Assembly (NCBI GenBank): GCA_020137815.1 | Contig: CM035350.1 | Span: 6,200,001-6,264,000 of the forward strand | Source of the DNA: Hormiphora californensis | Taxonomy: Eukaryota; Animalia; Ctenophora | Length of the DNA stretch: 64,000 nucleotides | Reading direction: 5' to 3' | In this document: one piece after another, positions 12,401 to 24,253 of the stretch | How positions within the stretch are numbered: position 1 is the stretch's first letter | Layout of the letters: the number at the start of each line of letters is the position of its first letter | Program-made: the position numbers and the translations under genes | Notes under the pieces: generated by a model | The model's database searches: none | Told to the model about the DNA's origin: nothing | Seen by the model: the letters and a program-made list of their open reading frames with translations, nothing else

Positions 12401-15400
12401 AGAGGGGAAGGGCACCCCGAACTGATGCAAACGGCAGGAAGTGGGGCGGAAAAGGTGAGAAGAAGTGGGCGAGAGATCTCTATGTGGAGGAGGAGCAGAA
12501 ACCGAAAGATGATGTACGTACTGATTTAGTTTGTTTTGTTCAGCTATCCCTCAATCATGAATTAACCGAATGTATGTTTCAGTGGGAGAAAAGGCGTGGT
12601 AAGAGAGAGAATAGGAAGCCTCGTGAAGGCGGAGATAGACGTGAAGGAGGCGGAGAAAGGCGTGAAGGAGGCGGAGAGAGACGAGAGGGAGGCGGTGAGA
12701 GGCGTGGTGGTGGTGAGAAAAGAGCGCCTCGACGGAGAGATGGACAGGAATTAGGAAAGAGGGACGATGCTGCAGCTCGCCAGGAAGCTGTTAATAACGT
12801 GCTCGCTATGACTGGTCAGGAGGGTCAGGAGAAGAAGGCCCGCGGTATTGGGAGAGGCAGGAACAAGTCTAGTGAAGTGGCTCTTGGAGAGAGCACTGGA
12901 GGGAAGGATTCATACCGCAGGCAGGCCGGTAATGGGGATGTGAGACCCAGTGAGAGGCCTGTTAGGAGAGAGGAGGATCAGGAGAGGAGGAACGAGAACA
13001 GGAGGGGCAGTGACAATAGGAACAACGATACCTGGGTGAGTGACAAAATAAGGAACAATGATACCTGGGTGAGTGATAAAACAAGGAACAATGATACCTG
13101 GGTGAGTGATAAAACAAGGAACAATGATACCTGGGTCAGTGACAAATCTAGGAACAGCAGGAACAATGATACCAGAGAGACCGGTCCGTACAATCGACAG
13201 GATGACCGGTATGACTCCAGACACCGCTCTCCCCCTGAGAGGAGTGAACGGGGAGGTAGGAACAGGGGATCTGATAGGGGCAGGACAACAGCCGCAGCTG
13301 CTACAGAGAGGCAACCCCGACAGGAGCAGTCAACCAGGGGACGATCATCAAATAGGCCTACCAGGTACTCACATGTTTCCAATATATCCTCGATATATTT
13401 AAATCGTTTTCATTCCCCCCCCTCCTAATGTCAATATTGTGAAGGCTAACTCTCCCCAGGGACCAAGAGGAGGAGTTTGCCCAGCGACCCCGGTACAGCG
13501 ACCAACAACCAACAGAGGGCCGCCGTGGTAGGAGGAAGAGTGAGGACGAGATTTGGAGGCAGTTGGAACAGTTGAGGATGGATACGGCCAAGTTGGGGAA
13601 GCACATGGAGATGGTCACCAGCCAGGTGTCAGCCGCAGCGGCTGGTGTTAGTTATGATAACTCTGGTGATGCAACTAGCCCCCAACCCGGTAGGTGTGCA
13701 GTACATCAGAATATCCATTGAGATACCTATTGCCTAATACCTCTGGATCGATCTAGATCAGCTGTGTAGGGCTGATGGGAGTTCACCACTCCCTCCTGCC
13801 ATAATAATATCTTTTTTTTCATTTCATTATATTTTATTATATCTTTTTTACATTTCATATTATAAATCGTTTACTAACTAGTTTGAAACATATTCCAGGT
13901 ACCCAGACAGACGATCTCGGCGAGATGGAACCCAAGTTAAAAGTAAGCCCTTTATTCCAAGCACTGGATATACTGTGTCATCACCTTGCTTCTTCTTCTT
14001 CTTACATTCCTACTGTACAATTCCCTTCTAGAACATTCCCTCGTGTTAATTTTTCTCCCCCTCTTCCATAATATTCTTTCACTATATTTTTCACCGCTTC
14101 CTACTCCTACAACTTACAAGACCTCATGGGCGTACCCATACTCTTTCCCTCTCCATCTTTCAGTTACCTCCCCTCTCTCAGTTACCTCCCTTCTCCCTCT
14201 CTCAGTTACCTCCTCAGTTACCTCTTTCAGTTACCTCTTGTGTAACAGGCCCCTTTCCCCTGCACAGAGTTCGACAGTACAGACGGAGGGTGACGTGTCG
14301 CTAAAGCCCAAGAGGTACTCACAGAGGAGTAAAAATACAGATACCATGGCGCTCAGAGAGAAAGTCAGGGAAAACATGACCAACACAGGTATGGGATATT
14401 TTATAAGAGCGGTTGCCATGGGCGTGAACCCCTCTTGGGGACCCTACGCACAGGGCCGATGTTAGTGATACTAGCAAGTAGCACCGCTAATACAGGTGGG
14501 ATATGAAGTCCTTTTTTATCACTTCTTCGTTCCAATATATCTGTCGACCCTCACCCCATGATGTGAACCCTGTCAGGCAATGAAGTCCCTTTTTATAGGG
14601 ACGGATGGGAATATTTGGTGAAATGGGGAAAATTTGTCAAAGAAACAGATATAAGTTGGTATCCAGTGCAGCACAAGACAGTGAACAGTTTTCCATTTCA
14701 CTGTCACCATGGTCCCGGGGATTGATTAATAAATGGGATTAATTGGGAGGGGAATAATTAGAATTAAAATATTCTGTACAGGGTGGGTATGAGTGAATAT
14801 ATACTATAATACTGTACACGTCTCTCTTTCACTGTCACACACTGTTTCACATTGTTTGTACAGACAGACACTCGCACACACACACACACACACCATCAGT
14901 GTCCTATGAGGGGGAGGGGTCTTCCTCTCTCTCGTTCTCACATACCATTCTCCTTCTTCAATCTGCTCAGCTCAATGTTTCTGAAAAAAGTGTGGAGAAT
15001 TGGCGTATAGAAAAGTTGGGACTTTCGCTAGAACTAGAATAATGTCACCCACTATCCATTTTGGGGGGGGAAGTAATTTTGATATCTCCTTCTGGTGATC
15101 AACACACACACACGCCCTCTGTACAACAGTTTAATGGGGAATCTCACACATACACGGGCAGAACTCGGTTAAGGAGAGATTAATTAGTATTCTGAATAAT
15201 GAGTTCAGAGCAAGAATTAAATAGGGAAGAAAATCGAAAAATCAGGAAGCGACCGAATATTCGGTTCGGTTCGGTTCGGTTCGGAGATTCGGTGTTTTTT
15301 CGGCGGTTCGGTTCGGTTCGGTTCGGTGGAAAATTTTGGCCGAACCACCGAATTTTTTGTTCAAAAAATGGCCAAAAATCGGGCTTTTTCAGCCATCATT

Positions 15401-18400
15401 TTTTCAATTATTTCACAATTCTTATAGATTTCAATGTCAATTTCGCCGTATGAACCCTATTTCGAATCGGTGGTGCTATGTGGAAATGATTTCGCTAGTT
15501 AGCGGGTTCAATATGGATTGATTTGATACGTGACTTCCCGTCGAATCGTGTCCTCATGAGAGGGTCAACAAATTCAGAAACTATTTTTTGAAAAAAAATC
15601 ATGGAGAGCACCGATCAAGGTGTTAAGAATCATTCTCTGAAATTTTGTAAAAAAGTTTGGAAAATATTTCAAAGTCAATTTTATGGAAAATTTTCTATGT
15701 CAATTTTTGTGTACGAATCGTGTTTCGAATCGGCATTGCTAAGCGGGAGTGATGTTGCTAATTAGTGGGTCCGAGATGGATTATGCTGATACGTGATCCC
15801 CCATCAAATCTAATTAGGAAGTTTAGGGGAAACGATTCATGTTTCGATAAATCCTGCTAATTAGCGAGAGCACTGCCGCACAGCATCACCGATTCGCAAC
15901 ACGATTCGTACGGCAAAATTGACATACAATTTTTTTACGAAATTGACTTTTGAAATATTTTACAAAGTTTTTTCAAAAAATTAAATGTTTCTCTAAAAAT
16001 TCATGGAGAGCATCGATCAAGGTATTGATCAATACCTTGATCGATGCTCTTTCTTTCACAAAATTTCAGGGAATGATTCTCGAGAATCATTCCCTGAAAT
16101 TTTGTGAAAATTTTTTTGTGAAAAATATTTTAAGTAAATTCTGGTATGTATGTATACGAATCGTGTTTCGAATCGACAATGCTAAACGGGAGTGATGTTG
16201 CTAATTAGTGGGTCCGAGATGGATTGTGCTGATACATGATCCCCATCAAATCTAATTAGGAAATTTAGAGAGACACGATTCATGGTTCGTTTAATCCTGC
16301 TAATTAGCAATACCATTCCCGTATCGCATTGCCGATTCGAAACACGATTCGTACGCAAAAATTGACATAGAAAATTTTCGATAAAATTGACTTTGAAATT
16401 TTTTTCACAAAATTGACTTTGAAATTTTTTCCAAACTTTTTTAACAAAATTTCACAGAATGATTCTCAATACCTTGATCGGTGCTCTCCATGACTTTTTA
16501 GAGAAACATTTATACAAAAAATTTTGGTATGGTTCGGTTCGGTTCGGTTACCGAAATTCGGTTCGGTTCGGTTCGGTTCGGTTCGGTAAAAAAGTTTTTC
16601 AAATTCGGTTCGGTTCGGTTCGGTAGAAAAAAACCCGGTTCGGTCGTTTCCTGCGAAAAATACTGGGTTTGACCGGGAATTGAACCAGGGACCTCCAGAG
16701 AGACATGCTCGGAGCTATAAACCACTAAGCTACCAAACCCTATGTACTGATCGCATTTCATCGCTCTATATTCAAGCTCCTGCCCTTAGCTAGACACCAT
16801 GTGATAAAGGGAAGTAATTTTGATATCTCCTTCTGGTGATCAACACACACACACGCCCTCTGTACAACAGTTTAATGGGGAATCTCACACATACACGGGC
16901 AGAACTCGGTTAAGGAGAGATTAATTAGTATTCTGAATAATGAGTTCAGAGCAAGAATTAAATAATAATAATAATAATAATAATATTAAGTTTTGTATAC
17001 CGCCACAGACACGACAGGGCCAGATAAGTAAAACTGTAACTGACACTGACGAGCTTCAGAGCGGTATACCTCACGCGAAAAGGTCCTTATATTCTCACAC
17101 ACTTTGGAAAAAATTAACTCCTAGTTCAAGATATACTAATTAGATAACTGGTCACATAACGCTTAAAAACTGTTTAGATGAAAAAATTACAGACTTTATT
17201 AAATAAAGGGAACAAAGCCAACAGCCCACACACTACTTATCAGCAGCTCAACAATACTGATAAAAAAGCCCTAAGTGTAAATGGTGAGCACGCCTAAAGA
17301 CCGCCTACTGACAGATGGGGAGCACGGTGAACAACTCAGACGCCACACCGGGAGTCTTCAGGGGTAGGAGGGAACGCTTCTAGGAAGAGTCTGGTCTTCA
17401 GCCTAGATTTGAACAACTCAATGGGGTGAACAGATCTCAGGTCTAGAGGTAAAGAGTTCCATACCGTCGGTAGAAACACCGAAATCCTCCTTCTCCTCAG
17501 TTTAGAGTTTGCGTTAACACTCGAGAGTTTAGGATATTTCAGCTTATAGAAGTCAATCACTGAATTCGCCCTCGTTGGTCTCATACCCAGAATATCATCA
17601 TCCCTAGGGACCAGTTCCAGCAAATACTCTGGAGCTGTTCCACGCACAATTTTGTACGCTAACAGGCAGGCCTTGAACGTTAGTCTCTGCTGTATTGGGA
17701 GGATATGAGCTTCCTTGAAATACTCATCATAGCTATCCTGATGTCCTCGTAGGTTATAGATGAACCGTACGCAGGAGTTTAGAACCTTTTGAAGATTGTT
17801 TAGAATCCGTTTTGGGAGTCCACAGTAGAGGATATTGCAGTAGTCTATCTTTGATATGACTAATTGCTTCACCAGAAGAATCCGTGTGCTATTGTCCAAA
17901 CACTTATTGAGTTGCCATAGGTTCTTGAGTTGCAGTCCACATTGTTTCTTAACATTGTTCACCTGCCTCTCCAGGGTAAGATGCTCATCCAGAAGTATTC
18001 CTAGAGTCTTCCCTGTCCTTCCTCTGCATTCCATGGGCTGCAACACAGCGTCACCAAACCTAATTTCCGGATCAAATACCAGCTTCTCAAGAGAACTTGA
18101 TTTTCCCAGAAGAACAAACTCAGTCTTACTCTCGTTACATTTGAGCCAATGCTGTACCATCCAGTTCTTAATAGAAGCGAGACACTCCTCAATACTGGTC
18201 TTAGTAGCTGTCCATCCCTCACTATCCGTTGGGACCAGTCCCACATATAACTGGGAATCATCTGCATACAGCTTTATCATTAGACCATACGGTCTAGCAA
18301 TATCCTGTAGCTCCTCTATGTACAACAGGAATAATACAGGACCTAACAATGACCCCTGTGGTACTCCACAGATGAGAGCAATAACCTCAGAGAGCTCACC

Positions 18401-20254
18401 ATGGACACTTACCCTGTAACTCCTGGGAATAGGGAAGAAAATCGAAAAATACTGGGTTTGACCGGGAATTGAACCAGGGACCTCCAGAGAGACATGCTCG
18501 GAGCTATAAACCACTAAGCTACCAAACCCTATGTACTGATCGCATTTCATCGCTCTATATTCAAGCTCCTGCCCTTAGCTAGACACCATGTGATAAAGGG
18601 AAGTAATTTTGATATCTCCTTCTGGTGATCAACACACACACACGCCCTCTGTACAACAGTTTAATGGGGAATCTCACACATACACGGGCAGAACTCGGTT
18701 AAGGAGAGATTAATTAGTATTCTGAATAATGAGTTCAGAGCAAGAATTAAATAGGGAAGAAAATCGAAAAATACTGGGTTTGACCGGGAATTGAACCAGG
18801 GACCTCCAGAGAGACATGCTCGGAGCTATAAACCACTGGTTCAATTCCCGGTCAAACCCAGTATTTTTCGATTTTCTTCCCTATTTAATTCTTGCTCTGA
18901 ACTCATTATTCAGAATACTATCCATTTTGGTTACAAAATAAAACTTCACACATTGGTAAGGGAGGGATAACTTCATCACCAACTATCCACTAACATGAAT
19001 GCTTAATTCCTGTTTAATTCCACTATCATGAGCCCACACGGGGCCACACAGAACATGAGACTTACATTTGATTTCTGAGGACCTTCTTCAGCTCACACAC
19101 CTCAATAAACCCACTCTGATCCTTATCAATGTCCTCAAACAACTCCCCCAACTCATCCTCGCTGATCGATCCCAGATAGGAGTTTAGCATCGACTAGGGA
19201 TGGAGGGGTTATAATTGGGAATATGAGTTCAGCATCGACTAGGGAGAGAGGGGTTATTGGGAGGTAGATCTTTCTGGCACCAGAAGAAAGAAAATACAGT
19301 AAAATATCAATACAATAGCAATGTACAACAATTACCTTGAACTCGGCCCGATCTATTTTGTGGTTTCCATCGCTATCAAACTGGTTCATTTCCTTCTTGA
19401 TCTCGTCATCCAGGAAATTCTCGTCTTTGAGCAGTCTCTCCAGGACCTGGATCATCAGAGCAGTATCGGCCGTCTCAATGTCACTCATGATGGCACGGGG
19501 TGATCTGCTATTTAGAGGAGTGGCCGTGTATTAGTGATTGGTGGGCCTCCTCGTGAGACAAATTGTATAGACTAATAAAACACTATTGTTTTCTATTTGA
19601 TGGGTGGTATAAGTTATGTTAGTTTAGACAAGAAGGAGAAGGGTAGTACGTCAAGGCTGTGACGTGTATAATAGGGGGAGACTCTATAATAGCCCAACTG
19701 TAAGCTAAGTTACCAAGGGTAATTAGGTCTAAAAAGAGTACCAAGAGATTGCCTTGCTCGACCCTTTTTCACCGCACCCCGCACGGGAAACAAATATAAA
19801 GGAGGGTTAGAACAAGATTCTAACAAATAATATTTCAGTTTTAGAAAGAGGGACGGTACCACAGCAAGCCCACCACATGCCCCCACAGCAGCACCCGTCC
19901 CAGTACCCAGCGGAGCACTATGGGGATGCAGGGTATGGCACTGCATCCTTCAACCCTTATGCTCAGGAGTTTGCCGTTACTGACCACGACGGTCGACATC
20001 AGCAACAGGTGGGAAGAAGAAGAAGGATCTTTAAAGGATCCTAAATAGCTTGTGTTAATTAATTAATGTTATAGGCACTGTTCAAGGCAAATTCCGGGCT
20101 TGTGTTGTTCAAGTTGGGAAATGAAAACTTGCATATCAATAAACTTGCATATCAACAAACTTGGCTTGCTGATTATTATTGCTTCTACACATTCTCTCTT
20201 TTTCTCTCTATCTTTCTTTATTTATCTCTGTCCCTCCTTTTTATCTCTCTCCCC

Positions 20255-20344
<90 letters not shown>

Positions 20345-22190
20345 ATTTTTATATATCGCTCTCTTTCTCCCATATATTTCTATCTCCCCCTCTCTCTTTT
20401 TCTTTCTCTATCTATCCTCATATCACTCCTCCGCTATGTACCACACAACTAAAGGCCGCATTAATAACCTACTACTATTCTAACCTCATCTAATACCAAC
20501 TACCAAGGGTATAGTGCTCATATATATGTATTATCATTATGTTAGCATGGTTAGGATACCTACCTATAAACCACTAACACTGTCGCGTAATTATATTTTC
20601 CTAAACATTATATGCTCAATATATATTCCGTTTCTCTAGTGGTTCTCAGTTCTCACTCTCCTCACCCTCCTTCTCATCTCTCCGCAACATACCACTAACA
20701 CCAGGAACCGACCGAATCAGGAAATACTGGTCCCTGATTGGCTGATAACTAGTCACGTGACCTAAATAACGAGTTCTGATTGGTTGTTTACTAACACCCT
20801 CCCTCCCCTAACAGATGCAACAAATGATGTTATTGCAGCAGCAGATGAACAGATACCCTCCAGCAGCCGCAAGCACAGAGTAAGCCTGTAGACTAATTAC
20901 TTTTTAATTAATTATCTTTCTCCCTCTATCCACAGAGATCAGAGCCAACATTAAGACCGGGTTGGTAGTCGTATGCAGACCAGGCACGCACAAAATATAG
21001 TGAGAGAGAGAGAGCTAGAGAGAGAGGGAGACAGAGAAAGAGAGAAAAGTAAGACCATTATCCAGAGATTGAAGCCCGAAAAGGGGAGTATCCGCGGGGT
21101 ATGAAACAAGTGAGTGGCAACAAAAGTATACAGCTACAACACGTGTGGAAGTGCAGGGAGCGTGAGAACAATAGGTGCACACTAGATGCACTATACAACA
21201 TGAGAGAGAGGACCCTCCTAACTAAACCTCAGGACACAGTTGTAGTAGCTGGAGAGGGAGAAAGAGAGAAAAAGAGAGAGAGAAAGAGAGAAAGAGAGAG
21301 TAGATGAGAAGCTATATGAGCTATCGCATGCCTATCTATCGCATCTATCTTCTGACATCTCTCGTCTCCTCGCCGCTCTCGCTCCTCTCCTCTCTACCTC
21401 TCCTCTCCCTTCCCCTCTCGTACTCTGTCACCGTTCCGTCTCATTCCGTGAAACAACAGTTGAAACCCTGGGAGAGGTCACTTTTTTCTTTTCTTCTCTC
21501 TTCCTTCTCCTCTCCTCTCTCTCTCTCTCTCCTCTCCTCTCTCTCTCTCTCTCCTCTCCTCTCTCTCTCTTTCTCTCTCTTCTCTCTCTCTTCTCTCTCT
21601 CTCTCTCCTCTTCCTCTCTCTCTTCTCTCCCTCTCTCCTCTCCGTCTCTCTCTCCTCCTCTCTCTCTCCAGTCCTCTCTTCTCCGTCTTGGCTAGGTCTC
21701 TACGTCCCTCTATTCGTTCTTCTCATCATTCTCTCGGTCGTCTCCCAGTACTTCTCTCAATCGTCTCACTCGTGTTGCTTTCTCTCTTCTCCTGTCGTTC
21801 AAGCTAGGATTTGTTTCTCTCGGAGTTTGCGTCATAGTCTCTCTGCTTCTGGCTCCTAGCGTCTGTCGTCTCTACTCTGTTCTCGAGTGCGATCACTCAC
21901 TGAGTATCCTGCTCTCTCCTCTCACTCTCAGTTCCAAAGATCTGCAGATGACTTCAGTGCACAGATAGCGGTTGGAAGGCTGAAGAAGTACTACACGTGC
22001 TATCGTGAACGGCAAAGAGAGAAAAGAGATAGAGCAAGATAGAGCAAGATCCCTCGGCCCAAATACTTGATTCTGATTGGCAGAATAATGCCACGTGATG
22101 GTTAAACGAACCTCTCTTTGGTGGTTTGCCTTCTGATCGAGCTAGAAGTAGCACAATTATGTCGTTTGGGTCCCTAGGGAAGAAGAGTGT

Positions 22191-22276
<86 letters not shown>

Positions 22277-23122
22277 GAGAGAGAGAAGATGGGAGTTGAG
22301 AGGCACTTCGCCAATACCAGGTTGGGAGAGTAATAACTGAGTGGGTTGCCTTGGTAACACAATCCGGAAGTCTAGTTAGTAGCCTTGGGAAGGGGTACTC
22401 TATCTATTTTCTCTCTTTCTCTCCATTTCTCTTTCTCCTTCTCTCCCTCTATCTCTTTCCGTTTTTGTGGGAAGAGATTTCTTCGATGGTGTATTAACAA
22501 TCTTTCTCTCTTTCAGCTATATGAACCAAGCCCTTCACTACCAACAAATGCAGCAGGTATGTGGCGAGAGAGAGAGAGAGAAGATGATAAGTGCCAGAGA
22601 GAGAGAGAGAGAGAAAGAGAGGATGTAATAGATCTATGTACTAAAACATCGACCAATAGAAACAAAAACGCTATTTTTGTGTAGCCCGTTATAGAATTAT
22701 CTCGCCAGAAATTTGGAGGCCGATAATTGATCCCACGGCTACTTTTAGACGTCAAAAACATCATGATATTTAGCTCATTAACTAAAAATACTTGAACTAT
22801 AAAGACACAGAGTACTCGTAAACCGCCTTCATATTTCTTCTTCTAATTCTCTAATAGAAGAAACATTCGTCTCTCTCTCTCTCATTTAGAGAGGTTCCTT
22901 GATCTCTCTCAAGAGTAAAGTTTCTAAAATCCCACTAAATACTAAGAAACATCTGTCTTCAGGCAGCAATGATGAATACGTACATGCAGCAGGCCCGACA
23001 GATCCCTCACGAATCAGAAATTATAATCAATGGTAAGTTGTCAGACTCCCCCCATCAGCCTGATAACCCACTCCCCAGACACCCCCTTCCTCAAGAAACA
23101 TGCAGCCAATGCTAGACTGTAA
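9409..23122 (+). CDS. CASC3: CASC3/MLN51/Barentsz exon-junction-complex protein, multi-exon
   Basis: N-terminus MVDRRRRQR, acidic tract, and Btz/SELOR motifs HIPRRGRFYQHDDR (~12056) and KWARDLYVEEEQKPK (~12465). GT-AG exons at ~9409-9483, 10194-10232, 11741-12132, 12378-12513 and 12582-13364. The Q/M-rich 3' exons to 23122 are inferred with less certainty. Confidence 0.8.
9539..9769. mobile_element. Fold-back hAT-like MITE
   Basis: Termini TAGGGCAGCGACTGGCTA / TAGCCAGTCGCTACCCTA. Nearly the whole element is a palindrome. Degenerate 8-bp flanks CTAGTAAT/CTAATAAC. Confidence 0.8.
10523..11369 (+). CDS. Beta-1,3-galactosyltransferase family (GT31), intronless, nested on the same strand in a CASC3 intron; one frameshift
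   Basis: Type II TM anchor in ORF 10523, then DTYQNIVHK, YLIKTDDDSF, FPDYAAGAGY and EDAYLG in ORF 10683..11369. Confidence 0.85.
13018..13170 (+). repeat. 30-bp coding tandem repeat (RNNDTWVSDK x4 plus a partial)
   Basis: AGGAACAATGATACCTGGGTGAGTGATAAA-like units inside a CASC3 exon. Confidence 0.9.
15243..16653. mobile_element. Non-autonomous hAT-like DNA transposon
   Basis: TIRs CAGGAAGCGACCGAA / TTCGGTCGTTTCCTG, 8-bp TSD CGAAAAAT (15235..15242, 16654..16661), subterminal (TTCGG)n and internal inverted repeats. Confidence 0.9.
16664..16740 (-). ncRNA. tRNA-like Pol III cassette (SINE head or pseudo-tRNA), copy 1
   Basis: GGGTTTG...CAAACCCA acceptor stem, A box TAGCTTAGTGG, B box GGTTCAATTCC and a T5 terminator. 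The anticodon arm is non-canonical. Confidence 0.75.
16964..18427 (-). mobile_element. 5'-truncated L2-group LINE (RT C-terminal half)
   Basis: GVPQGSLLGPVLFLLY, YADDSQLY and LVISKIDYCN in ORF 17336..18550. (TAT)n tail near 16961..16985. Interrupts unit 2 of the tRNA-like array. Confidence 0.9.
18453..18529 (-). ncRNA. tRNA-like Pol III cassette, copy 2 (a truncated copy 3 lies at 18775..18837)
   Basis: Identical to 16664..16740. Confidence 0.75.
19062..19488 (-). CDS. Small EF-hand Ca2+-binding protein, antisense-nested in a CASC3 intron
   Basis: EF loops DSDGNHKIDRAE and DKDQSGFIEVCE in separate exons. Internal exon boundaries are uncertain. Confidence 0.7.
20244..20340. repeat. (CT)n microsatellite
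   Basis: Long CT run. Similar runs at 22192..22286, 25889..25934, 26975..27010 and 36486..36581. Confidence 0.95.
20702..20789. mobile_element. Remnant of hAT-like MITE
   Basis: Starts CAGGAACCGACCGAA, like the TIR at 15243. Flanked by ACTAACAC at 20694..20701 and 20790..20797. A degenerate relative lies near 22058..22130. Confidence 0.6.
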
Positions 23123-24253
23123 TACTAAATTAATGAATATTAGGCTCATATATATTAGTGCGGTATGCAGGTCATATGTATCCACTACTCAGCCACTAAT
23201 ATACCATGCAATATCCATACTTTCTGTGGTCCGGCTAGTCCTAATATGAAATTAGGAACCTAGCTTCCAGGTTCCTTCAAGGGAGTTTCATGATGACCAC
23301 TTTCCATACCGCAATTTTAGTCATGTGCTTCATTACGCTTGGTTTTGTGAAAACTGAACACACAATACAACCACTCCCTCTAACCACTCCCTCTTCCTAA
23401 CCACTCCTTCTAACCACCCCTCCTAACCACCCATCCGTCTAACCACCCATCCCTCTAACCACTTCCGTCTTCCTAACCACTCGTTCCATACCAGGTCAGA
23501 AGCGGAACAAGGCCATCCCGATAGTAGACCCATCTGCCTCGATGCACATGTCCCATCAAGCGATACACCACGGACACCACCATCACGAGAGTTAGAGTTG
23601 TTTTAAGAGAGAGATAGTTCTGAGAAGAAAAAGAGATCCAGTTTATGAGCTTCAAAAAAGTTAATATATAACATAATATATCGTAACAAAGCTACATGAA
23701 AATATACATATTATATCTGACACAAAGTGCTAGAAGTAGGTAAAACGTTTATGTTGGTTGTGTTTGTCCGTGTAATATTATTTACATATTTCTAGCTGAC
23801 TAGATGATATATACATAGCGCTGAAGTAAGAGAAAAGACAGTAATATGATTTCTATCTTTTTAACGGTTTTTTGAAGTGTACCTAAAAATTTCTGAGAGA
23901 AGTAGCAACTCAAATATTGCACATGTGTTTCTCAATTTTCAAGTACGTTCAGATAAACAGCTTGCCTTTATACTGTGCTGTCCCCGCCCTCTCTAATTAC
24001 GAGGGGGAGAGATAGAATACAGTAAAGCTAGGTAGTAAGAATTCTGTATTAATTGTACGGCTAGAGACTATAAAGCACAAAACTATTTGATTTGTAAAAG
24101 ACATAATAAGTGAGAGTGTTTATTATGTTAAAGATGCAACAACCCCATTTTTCCTTTGTGCTACCCAAATTCAAGCTGTTATCTTGTCTCATATATAATA
24201 ATACTGTTCTCTCCGCACCGGGCTGAAGCAGCGTGCCTTACAGCTACTGTTAT

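Larger units (their letters stand above)
15065..18916 (-). mobile_element. Tandem array of a 322-bp tRNA-like unit with terminal inversion and 14-bp TSD; hosts two younger insertions
   Basis: ACTATCCATTTTGG at 15051..15064 and 18917..18930. Identical units (period 18451 to 18773). Inverted segment at 18838..18920. Confidence 0.85.

Noticed and set aside
13018-13170. CRISPR-like array (also 34548..34686 and 23370..23480)
   Set aside because: These are contiguous tandem repeats without unique spacers, in a eukaryotic context with no cas genes.
16664-16740. Functional tRNA gene
   Set aside because: The anticodon stem is mismatched, the loop lacks the canonical U33/purine-37 pattern, and it sits in a mobile tandem unit.
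17336-18550. 404-aa ORF as a novel fusion protein
   Set aside because: The first ~40 codons are read through the tRNA-like unit into a 5'-truncated L2, so the fusion is a chance junction.
18598-18920. Hammerhead ribozyme in the 322-bp unit
   Set aside because: No CTGANGA...GAAA core was found on either strand by eye.
20100-22400. Ser/Leu- or Arg/Glu-repeat ORFs
   Set aside because: These are translations of CT/GA microsatellites. 21300..21900 also looks like degraded read quality.
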